Shown here in pieces: positions 1 to 10,802 of a stretch of DNA of 64,000 bases. The notes under the pieces are model-generated. The model searched no databases. It was not told the DNA's origin and worked only from the letters and a program-made list of their open reading frames with translations. Every line of letters starts with the position of its first letter. The stretch's first letter is position 1. The position numbers were made by a program, and so were the translations under genes. This DNA comes from Blastocystis sp. Blastoise (Eukaryota > Protista > Bigyra: Opalinata): assembly GCA_039096225.1 (NCBI GenBank), contig JBBPEB010000028.1, positions 682,001 to 746,000 on the forward strand, in the 5' to 3' direction.

Positions 1-1266
1 TCGATGAAGTGATTTCAATTTTTTCTTACCATGTGTTTTATTTTTATCATAAGTAACAGCAGAAATGGTTTCATCTGTTGATGAAATATCGCTAACCACT
101 GATGAATTCATTTTTTTCGTCTGCTGATATAATAAAAAATAATTAACTGGTTAAAGAAAAACAACTAAAACACAACAGAATTATATTTTTGCGTAATATC
201 CTATATAACCGTGATTTTTTGGAAATAATGGCCATAAATAAACAGATTCTTTTATTATTGGATCTTTCATACTATTTTCATAATAATCGTTTTCCACGTT
301 CGAATATATATATGCAAATAATCACTATTTTTTCAAAAATATAACATAATGCAGGCTATTGTAGTAATATCCTTTGTCATTTTTACTTATGTTAAAGAAA
401 CAATTATTGACTCTTAATACCATTTTCTTTACTTCATAAAACATGACAACCGTAAAGCATTTTAAAGCCCATAAAAAACCATCAGTGATTAGTACATATC
501 TATCTATTTTTTTGACCAGATTGCATATCAATTATAATTATATACTGTTTCAATATTTTTAGAATCAATTCAAAGAAATGTATCCATAAGCAACCATAAT
601 CAAATAAACATTTTAATTAACACATTTAATGAAAGTATGTATAATAAAGTATTATCAAAAATATCTAAACAATTAAATTTATTAATAAGCTTATTTCGTT
701 AAATTCTCAATTGATTATTTCATTTTATATAATATATAACTAACTAATTATCAGCTATCTATTGGTTTAACATCTTATAGCCAATATATATTGTATACTA
801 GTTAAACTTTTATTATATTTCATTACATGAATCTTCATATGTTGTCTATAGCCCAGGATATTCGCAAAAATAGCGTTATACTTCGCCAAATTATTGAAAT
901 AGCAGTATAAATAATAAGCTTTTATATTTCCATATCATATATTATTCATTTTAACCATTATATACATATATCGTATTTATAAAATAAGGTATTATATAGT
1001 AAATACTCTAGCAATTGTTTTTTTGTAATATTATAATTTATAATATACTACTATTACATAATAAATATATAACTTTATATAAATATCCATAATTAAATTA
1101 CTATTATATATTTCAGAGCAAATAAAAATGAATTGTAATCAATATATTTATTTAGATTAGCTTCTAATATAAATAATAATTATATTTATATATTATTGCT
1201 TTTTATTTATAAACTGTGCTATTTTTACTTCTTATATGCATTATTTAAATATTACTATATATATAG

Positions 1267-4260
1267 AATAAAGCAACGATTTATGGATCAAAATCAATTA
1301 AAGATGAATTAGAAGATGAAGCCTATAAGCTGTGGGTAACGCTGGAACTTCCATATGAAAAATTCCATGATATTTTAGTTTATACAAATTCAACGTTCAA
1401 ATTGGTAGATAGTAGTTATAGTACACTTCTGAATAGCAATTATGACTCACAAACATACATCAGAAGCATTAGATCTAAACAATTCTTCTTTCCAGCTTCA
1501 TTGAGACTTTATATATGTCCTGAATGTTTAAAAATTACAAATGCTACATCTTCTAGAAACAGCCTATCTTACGACGATATTAAATGTTTCGAGCATAACG
1601 ATATTTCAGATGATAGTATATATATATAATGATATTTAAGTATCTTAATAAATACTTAATAAAATTGTACTATTCACTATATTCTATAGAAATGTATCAT
1701 ACAACAATACTTCCTGTTATCCCACGAATAAAAAGACTTCTTTCTAATGCTGATCTTCTAGAAGATATATCGTTTTACAAGAAGGACGATATAATGCAAC
1801 TGCTAAGTCTTCATAGTCATGAAGACTATTATATTCAAACATCAGAGATGGATACTCGTGACATAACACAAAATACATTAGTTGATATCCCTTATTTCTT
1901 TTATGGTTCTACATTTTATAAATATACGCAACCTCTTGTAGAAAAAGGCGATATTTTCCTCTTTTTTTCTGTGACTTCTGATGGGATAACTGTATTTAAT
2001 AAACCTCAAAAGGAAGAAAATAAATCCAGTTATCCTATAACTCTTAAACTTCTTAATTATAACCAGCAACGGAAATATGATCATCGAAAATTATGGTGTT
2101 ATGCATGCCCCACGAGTAATATGATCTCTCCCTTAATTGATATACTTAGCAGCGAGTTTCAACTTTTAAATGAAGGATTAGATATTTATATAGATAGCAT
2201 TCAAGAAACAAAACGGGTAATAGGAATTCTACTCAATGTATATGGAGATTACCCTGCAGTCTCAAAAATGGTAAACACACCTTCATCTTCAAGTGTACAA
2301 CCGTGCCGTTTTTGTAGAATGACAGTACGTAGATCTAGAGATTCTGCATTTCATGAAGGAATCAAGTGTTGTTATGAAGAATCTCGAGAATTCAGAATTT
2401 CAGATGAAGGAATAACAACATTTTTTATACCAACTTATTGTCCAAATGATCCTATGAATACAAACAACATTATAGTAGATTACATCGATGAATCAAATAT
2501 TGATGCAAATATGTGTGTATCCTTATCATCACCATTAGAGATTCCTTCATCAAGCATATATAGTGACTCGTTAACATTATATAGTCCTGTTCTTCGTTCA
2601 TCTGAATCATCTTCTTCAATAATACCTGGAACAAATGAAGTGAGTCCAGAAGAAAGAAATCTAGGATTCAGTAAACTTACATACTTCAATATACTTCAAT
2701 CATGTTCCCTTGATCCAATGCACTTAATAAATAATGTAGCTACATCACTCATGGAGTACCTATGGAATTATCCAAAGACAAACGCTTATTCCAAATTAAA
2801 ATATACTATGTCTCAAAATGAAATGCAAGACTTCATTACAAGAATATCGCTAAATGAGGAAAACAAGAAGATTATTATGGAAAGAATAAAAGATATGAAT
2901 ATATTATATGATACTGATATGTATCAACTTATATCTATTCTAAATGACTTGAACTTCTATTCATCAACATCACATACACGTATTCTTCTTTTTTCAACAG
3001 TATTTCCTATCCTTCTATCTGATTTTACTTATGAAGATTCACCTTTAATACTAATAATAGAAATATTTGGTTCTCTTATTAGTGATATAATGAGAATTAA
3101 TCCAATAACAGAAAAGGATAATCTACTCACTTTTGAGAAGAAATGTATTCAATTCGTATCCATAATTGAATCTATTCTACCTTCTGCTTTAATAACAACT
3201 CAAATTCATAGTATAAAGCATTTAGCGTCATGTATCAGGGACTGTGGTTCTCTTTTCTATACTTCGACTTGGGAAGCAGAAAGATCATATCGTAATATCA
3301 AGAGAATAACTAAAGGAACAAAATCGTTTAATGAGTCAGTAATAATCAAAGTTCAGGATCAAGAATCAATACAGATACATATAGCACCTCAGATATCTTC
3401 TACTACTGCTGATAACAATACAAATGACGGTAGATTTACATCCTTACAACATAAAGAGATTCTAATTAAAGATAATCCAGAAATAAAATCATTTAAAGGT
3501 AAAGATAGCCACTCTCTGCCAAATATCATAGACAGAGATAAACTTGCAATAATATTATTATTATCTTCTAAATGCTCTTCTTTAATCCAATCCAAGCTTT
3601 TTTCGGAAGTGTTTCATGAGTCAGACACTCCTTATAGAAGAGAAGAGATAATAAGAAATAACATAGATATCCAAACCAAATTGCTTGATAAATTTAAATT
3701 ACTGAGAAAATATTGTTATGATTCTGTTATAGTGAATAATAATATTCTATTCAGAGTATATAAAGGATTAACAGAAGGAGCCAAAAATAATTCATATATA
3801 TTAAGAATCTCCCCAATCCAGTCTGATTCTGGAGACTTTGTAATGCATCCTTTTTTGTATAGTATACTATCTTTCATACAAATAGAAGACGTATTAATAT
3901 TAAAGTTGCATAAGTATCCTGTTTCAAACTACAGTCAATCAAGACTATATGCATACTTTATTAATCGTTCTAAAACAATTACATCCCAACTAGAGACAGA
4001 TTACGAATACTTTCTTTTAGACTCAATGAAACCATTTAATATTATATGTGTAGATTTCGGTATATCGAAAGAAATAACTAATGATATCAACGGTGAATAT
4101 GTAAGTAATCTATTGTATTTCAATATATATATAATTTCTATAGATAGGAGAGAATAATAACAACAACTCAACTTTGAAGAAGATAAATAGAAAAGATTCA
4201 TATATTGTATCTGTTTTTATACCATACAAAGCAATTTTATATGAAGATGATAATAACTAA
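1267..4260 (+). CDS. CACTA/EnSpm (CMC superfamily) DDE transposase, spliced, apparently intact
   Basis: The 842-aa ORF has CMC motifs: SVTSDG (first D), YGDYPA...QPCRFC (second D plus CxxC), LDPMHLINNV (DxMH) and QIHSIKHL...GSLFYTSTWEAERSY (HxxxH and catalytic E). Exons 1267-1615 (contains YICPEC), 1690-4100 and 4144-4260 join in frame through GT-AG introns and end at TAA 4258-4260. A possible first exon is 827-904 (MNLHMLS...). Confidence 0.85.
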
Positions 4261-4489
4261 ATTTTTTTAATTATGTTTCAATGTTTATTATAACTTTCTA
4301 ATTTATATAATAGTCTACTAGGGTCACGCCGCAGGTCCGGGGCCTAACGGCACCGGACCGCGGCTGCAAAGAATAATAACAGTTTGGCTTTTATTTTCTT
4401 TTTTTTCATTATTATCTATTATATATAATATATAATATATATTATATACTATATATTATATATTATATATATTATTTTATTAACACTTC

Positions 4490-4553
4490 TTATACTCTAT
4501 ATGGAGAGTAATAATCATTTGTTGATTATAATCAGGTTCAATTCCTGATATAA
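4490..4553 (+). ncRNA. tRNA-like (mascRNA-topology) cloverleaf, copy 1
   Basis: Folds as TTATA-[CTCT ATATGG AGAG]-TA-[ATAATCA TTTGT TGATTAT]-AA-[TCAGG TTCAATT CCTGA]-TATAA. The T-loop/B-box GGTTCAATTCC is perfect. Confidence 0.5.
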
Positions 4554-4799
4554 TTATTAAATTGATCATTTGAATAGTATCTGAAAAACTAAAAACAATA
4601 CTTAAAAAAATGAGAAACCCTTTTTGAATCATTATATTTGTTATTTATTATTTTAAAAATATATATTGTATTTATAAATAGTTAAGTTACTATTTTAATT
4701 ATTATGGAGTTTCTAAAGCTAATAAATTTAGAAATGGCTCACAATGTTAAGTATTGAAAGTCATTATTATGTAAAATCATTTTAAATAGATTATAATAA

Positions 4800-5620
4800 G
4801 GTAGTTTACACTTTCTTTAATCATTTCATAAAACCAAAACCCATTTAACACAACAAAGTCAACATTCATTTTCACTTTAACGACTTAAACACATAGTTTT
4901 AGAATTAATATTAATAAAGTCACTTTAAATAGCATTTCTATACATAAAGGTGTCAACAATATCGGTTTTAGAGAGACTTCACCATTTTGATATCCAGTGT
5001 ATCAAAATAGTTTTAAACATAACTTTCACACAATATAGATCTCATTGTGTTATATATTAATTAAAATTTGATGTCTTGAATCTCTGATATAGAGACCCTT
5101 TTTTATACATTTTGAAAAGTTGACACACTTAAAGTTAATTTAAAAAGCTAACATTTACACACTATACTCAGCATAACTCTATAAACACGTTAATAACGAT
5201 TTTAACACTCTTTATAAGCCTTTTACATTTGGTCATATACACTTTGTCAAGTGTATTTCTGTCCCTCGTTTTGATATAGTTTAAAACATAAATTATAGTT
5301 TGATAAATAAAATGTTTCGTATTGAATCGCATCCTCCTAAAACTTATTATTATATTTTTTTTAAATAAAACCCTTTAAACTTGTTTTTAAAAGTCAGTAC
5401 TTTCATATTATAACAAAAACACAGTTTTAAACAAACAGACAAACTCTTTTAAATTTTTAGACAACTCAAACACATTTTTAATTCACTTGTGAAAAATAAA
5501 ATTATTTTAATTTTTTACATGTTGTAGAGTGCATGCTATTTTATATTAAACAATTTTTAGAATTTTTAATCTCTTAGTTGAAGAGCCTATTTTTTAACAT
5601 TTATTAATTTTTACAATTTT
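4800..5620. repeat. Diverged ~245-bp tandem repeat, block A (boundaries approximate)
   Basis: TTGAATC recurs at ~5076 and ~5322, with a degenerate copy at ~5565. CATTTGGTCATATACACTTTG at ~5226 matches ~9462, and GTTGTAGAG at 5521 matches 9757. The offset to block B is ~4.23 kb. Confidence 0.6.
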
Positions 5621-5848
5621 ACATATAATAAACTATATAAAAAAAGTATGTGGAGGATTCAAAACTTAATAATAAGTCAATTATTGATATGATTACATTG
5701 GTGAGTCTATATAGAATTAGATGAGATCAATAAATGTTTTAATTAAATTAAATACAAAGATTAAAATGATCCATACTATTAATATTAACTAATTTAACAA
5801 TTGTTTTAATAGTCAACAATTAAAATTAAAAAACAAAGCAAAAAAACA

Positions 5849-5879
<31 letters not shown>

Positions 5880-6009
5880 CAAAGTATTATATTAAATAAG
5901 TAAATATAGATTAGCTAAAGCTAAACAAAGTAAATAAATAGATATATAAAGAAAGAAAATATAAATAAAAAATAATAAGCAAAAGAAAAAGAAAATTAAA
6001 AAAATAAAA

Positions 6010-7125
6010 ACATTCTAAGTATACCCATCATATTAGAAAAGCCTAAAAAATAAAAGACATATATATATATATATATATAAGAGATATAATAATAAATATA
6101 TGATATATATATATACCTTTAAGTATTAGAGACCTATCCACACTATCACCTATATAGATAAAGATATATATATAAAAGATACATTATAATAAATATATGT
6201 AATATATATATATACCTTTAGATATATTTCTATTTATAAGAATAAACATTATCATCATGATGATAGTATTCCAAATTAGATGGTACACCTATATATAATA
6301 AATGATTGAGATAATAATAATAATATACATGAATAAACAATAAATATATATATATATATACCTTCTAAAGAAGGAACAGAAGAATAACCATGATATCATA
6401 ACTGAGTTGAACAACCTATATATGAACAAATTAGTATTAATAAAATAAAAAGAAATTAAAAAATAAAGAAATATGAATATACCTGTATCATTACCTATAA
6501 TAGAAGACTCGATCAGAATAGAAGGACCTATATATAAATAATAAATAAAAATAAACTAAATTAAATTTAAAAAATAGACATACCTTAATTATTAACACCT
6601 TCAGCAACCACACACACAACAATAAAAGAACCTATAAAGAAACAGTAATAGACAAATAATAAATAAAAAAATAATAATAATAAATGAATGACAATATATA
6701 TATATACCTTTAATACCATAGGAACAGTCTACCTGATCACCAACAACATCAGCAGCAGTATTGAAAACATCAGAAGAACCTTCAACACTACACAGATATC
6801 TTCATCTACACCACTGTTTACATGCACAACAACTGAAGAACCTTCAATACCATAAGAGGAACCTATATCTACGTAAACAGAACCATTAGCATCATTTAAA
6901 GCAACAGAAGAACCTTCACAGTTAGCATAACAGGCAACACCACAGCCTCCGTATGATACAAATAACATAGAAGAACCTTTAAGACCATCAGAGCAAGTAA
7001 TACCAAGACCAAGAACATACACAACTGGATCCTATTGAGTAGAAGAACCTGAAAGTTTTTGAGAAATGTATATTTTTCCATCTACACACTTCGATCTTGA
7101 CAGCATCATGCCTTCTGAGGCATCT
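6010..7125 (-). pseudogene. Helitron-borne multi-exon cassette encoding a degraded Gly-Ser-Ser repeat peptide
   Basis: A large exon carries AGGTTCTTCT (xGSS) every ~62-72 bp, with one in-frame TAG and a frameshift. It is followed by AG/GT-bounded mini-exons 6584-6631, 6483-6527, 6362-6415, ~6216-6288 and 6117-6149. Confidence 0.5.
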
Positions 7126-7480
7126 TAGATAATATTTTAATTATAAAAAATAAGTGTTTTCTCTTAATATAAAAATTGTGTTTATATTTCTACTTTTAAA
7201 GAAAAGGGTCTTTTATAAAAATATGCTTCTTAAAATCTAATAGAAATCAAAAATACCCTTGAGTTTTCATTGATTTATTTACAAAAGTAATAATTGGGTC
7301 ATTTTCTATTAAAAACATTTATGGTACCCAAAAAACATAGTTTTTTACATTTTTTAAATATTTGATTATATTATTTGATTCTGTATATTTTATTTATTTA
7401 TTTGATATTGTTTTATATTGCATTATATCTATCTATCTATATAGTTATTTATTTATTCAAAATAATACACTTTTTTATAG

Positions 7481-8439
7481 GATTCTCTTGTATTTGTCTT
7501 GGTTGTTGTAGTAAAGAGTTCTTGAAGTGGTCACGGCTATGTGAATTGGATTACTTTGTGTCAGGTATATAATATATATTTATTTTTATAGTATTTGTTT
7601 TTTAATTCTCTCATTACTTTGTTTTATTTTATATTTTTGTTATCTATATTATTTATTTTGTCTTTTTATATCATTTATTAAATAGTTTTTAATTATTTTT
7701 ATTCTATAGGAAAGAAAATGTTGTTGATGTGTTGTCGTCTTCGTTTTTTCATGTCATTCTTCTTTAGTCTGTGGTTTCAGATTAATCTATTAGGTATATA
7801 TTTATATTTTATTTATTATTTTCATTTTTATTATTTATTATTTATGTTTTTTATTTATTTATTTATGTTTTTTATTTATTTATTTATTATATTTATTTAT
7901 TTATTTATTATATTTATTTATTATATTTATTATATTTATTTATTATATTTATTTATTTATTATATTTATTTATTTATTTATTTATTATATTTATTTATTT
8001 ATTATTTATTTATTATTTATTTATTTTTATATGTTTTCTATTATATATAGGTTTTATAGTCTTCTTGTTCTTTTTTCTTCTTTCTTCCTTCTTTCTTCTT
8101 CATTTTACTTCTTCCTTCTTCCTTATCCTTCCTACTTCTTTCTTCCTTCTTTCTTCCTTCTTTCTTCTTCCGTCTTTCTTATCCTTCCTACTTCTTTCTT
8201 CCTTCCTTCCTCATCCGTCATTCTTCCTTCCTTATTCTTCCTTCTTCCTCATCCTACTTACTTCTTCCTTCTTTCTCATCCTTCTTTCTCATCCTTCTTC
8301 CGTCTTCCTTATTCTTCCTACTTCCTTCTTCCTCATCTGGCATTCTTCCTACTTCTTCCTACTTCTTCCTACTTCTTCCTGCTTCATCATTCATCATTTC
8401 CTTCTTCCTGCTTCCTTCTTTCTTCTTTCCCATCCTTGA
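7481..8439 (+). other. Helitron-borne spliced cassette: two 84-nt exons plus a pyrimidine-rich last exon
   Basis: Exons 7481-7564 and 7710-7793 (both phase 1-1) splice in frame to 8051-8439, which is F/L/S-rich. No start codon was identified and coding status is uncertain. Confidence 0.4.
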
Positions 8440-8653
8440 TTCTTCCTTCTTCCTTCTTCCTCATCCTTCATCCTTGTTTTTTCCTTCTTCTTCCTCATTC
8501 TTCCTTCTTCCTCATCATTCCTACTTTTACATCCTTCCTCATTCTTCCTTCTTCCTCATCCTTCCTCATCCTTCCTACTTCATTCTTCCTCATTCTTCAT
8601 TCTTTCTTCTTTCTTCCTACTTCCTACTTCTTTCTTCCTACTTCCTTCATTCC

Positions 8654-8655
<2 letters not shown>
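8051..8655. repeat. CTT/CCT-rich homopyrimidine low-complexity tract
   Basis: About 600 bp almost devoid of G, built from CTTCCT, CTTCTT and CATCCT units. Confidence 0.9.
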
Positions 8656-8694
<39 letters not shown>

Positions 8695-8719
8695 ATTATT
8701 ATTATTATTTATAAACTCC

Positions 8720-8786
8720 CTTTATGCTCTAGAAGGAGAGAAGCAATCATTATAGATTGTTTTCAGGTTCAATTCCTGACATGAAG
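8720..8786 (+). ncRNA. tRNA-like (mascRNA-topology) cloverleaf, copy 2
   Basis: Folds as CTTTATG-[CTCT AGAAGG AGAG]-AA-[GCAATC ATTATA GATTGT]-TT-[TCAGG TTCAATT CCTGA]-CATGAAG. It has a 7-bp acceptor stem, GG in the D-loop, a 7-nt T-loop and T5 at 8792-8796. It is not a canonical tRNA, because it lacks the 8/9 connector and has a 6-nt anticodon loop. Confidence 0.6.
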
Positions 8787-9049
8787 TGTTATTTTTCTCC
8801 TGTTTTTTAATATTTTTTTTTACATATTATTATTATATATATATATTCTCTTTTTTAAATTCATTTTAATCCATTTTACTTTATACTTTTCAATTTTGAC
8901 ATTGCATACATATATCTAACTTTTTATAGTTTTTTTTTAGACTTCCTCTTCTCAACAACAGTCAGAATGAGAACAAAATCCATTTTAACTCGAGCAACTA
9001 AGTCATCTCAAAACTGTTTGAATCAATCAATATAGACGTGTATGTCATA

Positions 9050-10130
9050 ATTTATCATTTTAAACTGATTTTCAACTCTCAAAAGTAAACAAACCAAACA
9101 CACATGTTGACTTTTAAACGTTAAACTCAGTATTAAAAGGTTATTTTTATAGAGTAGACATAAAACATTGATTTAAACAAAAATGAATGGAAACAATCAA
9201 CTCTTGATACAACTTTGCCATTTGACAAAACACTCATCCACAATATTTTCCAAAGTTCTTTTAGTAAAGTGTTTATATATACATGTTATGTATAAAATGA
9301 AAGTCAACTTCTTGAATCTCTTTGTTTAAGACACGCTTTAAAACATTTTGACAAATTGACAACCTTTAACTGGTTATTTAAAGTTGATATTTTAAGAGTA
9401 AACTTGATTTAGACCCTTAAACACAACTGGCATCACCATAACACTTTTAAAGACACTTTACCATTTGGTCATATACACTTTGATCAAAACATTTTCGTCC
9501 CTTCTTTTAATATAATATAGATCATACACTCTAGTTTAATGAATAAACACTCAAATATTGAATCTCGTCCTCTAAGTTACTCATTTTTACATTTTTTTAA
9601 ATTAAGACCCTTAGAGTTGATTTTTTGACTCAATTTTTCTACAGTGCACGAAATTCACGATTTTGCTCAAACTGAAGTAAAAATAAATTTTAAATAATAG
9701 TCACAACCCTTCACACATCCACTCTCTAAAAATTATTTTCTTTGTACTTTTGATATGTTGTAGAGCTACTACAGCTGTACACTAATTAATATCTCTAAAT
9801 TTTTTATTCATAGTTTAAGACTATGTTTTACACATTCTTTTGAATTTGACAACCTTAAACTATTTATTTAAAGCTCTTATTCATAGAATTGACTTGACTT
9901 AACATTTGAAACACATATAGACACCCTTTTACTTTTTAAGACACATTTTGTCATTTGGTGATATACACTTTGACCATCATAATTTTGACTTTCCTTTTAA
10001 CATAGTATAGAGTATTATCTCTAGTTTACTAAACAAAAGTCATTATATTGAATCTTATCCTCTAAGACCACTTAATTCACATTTTTCAGAATTGTGACAC
10101 TCAAACTCATTATTTTAAGACTCTGTTTTA
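9050..10130. repeat. Diverged ~245/490-bp tandem repeat, block B (boundaries approximate)
   Basis: CATTTGGT(C/G)ATATACACTTTGA occurs at ~9462 and ~9952 (490 bp apart). TTGAATCT occurs at ~9312, ~9558 and ~10048. TTGACAACCTT occurs at ~9356 and ~9846. Confidence 0.65.
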
Positions 10131-10419
10131 ACTATAGTAGTTTGAGGACCTATTGATTACAATACTGTAATATTAGTCGATTATAAGAAGATCAAAGAAA
10201 ATATCGATCACTCAAAAATCGTCCTCAGGAGCTCAAAATTGGTACACCTAGGTTTTTTGACCTCCTGAATCAGAATATGATGTCAAATTAAGAATCTAAA
10301 TTTGACCGTTAAGGCCTCACGTGTTCAATATGAAAAAGTATTAAAAAATAGATAAATATAAAGAATAAACACGGATAACGTATATTGTGGGATTGAGAAA
10401 AAATCAAGTTTACCCCATG

Positions 10420-10700
10420 TTTATTTTCCAATTGTCTGGTCAACAATTTTTATCGGGACGATCCCAAAGAGCCAATCAAAAACGACTCAAAAATCATGTT
10501 TTCTGTTCTTTTATTAATAACTTTTTAATTATAAACAATATCGCTTAACCAAATATATGGTGCACAACTACATGTTATATCCTATTGAACTGTGTTTCAA
10601 CCAAAAGTTAACTCCCCGTAAGTTTAGAGGAGTTGTGGGTACAAACTATAGTATACCTTAACCAATCAAATGCATTTTCCAAAAACTGACCAATGGGAAT
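10420..10700. promoter_or_regulatory. Cluster of CCAAT boxes in the Helitron 5' subterminal region
   Basis: AGCCAATCA (~10470), AACCAATCA (~10660), GACCAATGG (~10688) and TCCAATT (~10428). A small hairpin AACTCC...GGAGTT lies at ~10610-10633. Confidence 0.35.
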
Positions 10701-10802
10701 TTTTTTGCCTATTCTCATATATATAGTAATGATTCCTGTTATATTAAAAAATTGTATTTCTTTATCTACATTCTTTGTTTTGTTATAAAATAAGTAGATG
10801 CT

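Larger units (their letters stand above)
4318..10732 (-). mobile_element. Non-autonomous Helitron, ~6.4 kb
   Basis: The minus-strand 3' end is a GC-rich hairpin (4328-4364, GCCGC-A-GGTCCGG-G-GCC/TAAC/GGC-A-CCGGACC-GCGGC), then a 6-nt spacer, then CTAG (4318-4321) followed by host T. The minus-strand 5' end TCATTACTATATATATGAG starts at 10732 and is preceded by A, giving an A^T target with no TSD. No RepHel ORF is inside. The 5' boundary is less certain than the 3' boundary. Confidence 0.75.

Noticed and set aside
4311-4323. GTCTACTAGGG as the right TIR of the transposase element
   Set aside because: It does not end in TAGTG and has no subterminal motifs. It is better explained as the Helitron CTAG terminus next to its hairpin.
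6770-7050. Repeat-spacer pattern resembling a CRISPR array
   Set aside because: The repeat is only ~11 bp and non-palindromic, there are no cas genes, and the context is eukaryotic and spliced. It encodes GSS.
8720-8786. Canonical tRNA gene
   Set aside because: It has no U8/A9 connector and a 5-6-nt anticodon loop that differs between copies.
4490-9850. Direct repeats as LTRs of a retrotransposon
   Set aside because: There are no TG...CA ends, PBS, TSD or gag/pol relics. The repeats are internally periodic and strongly diverged.
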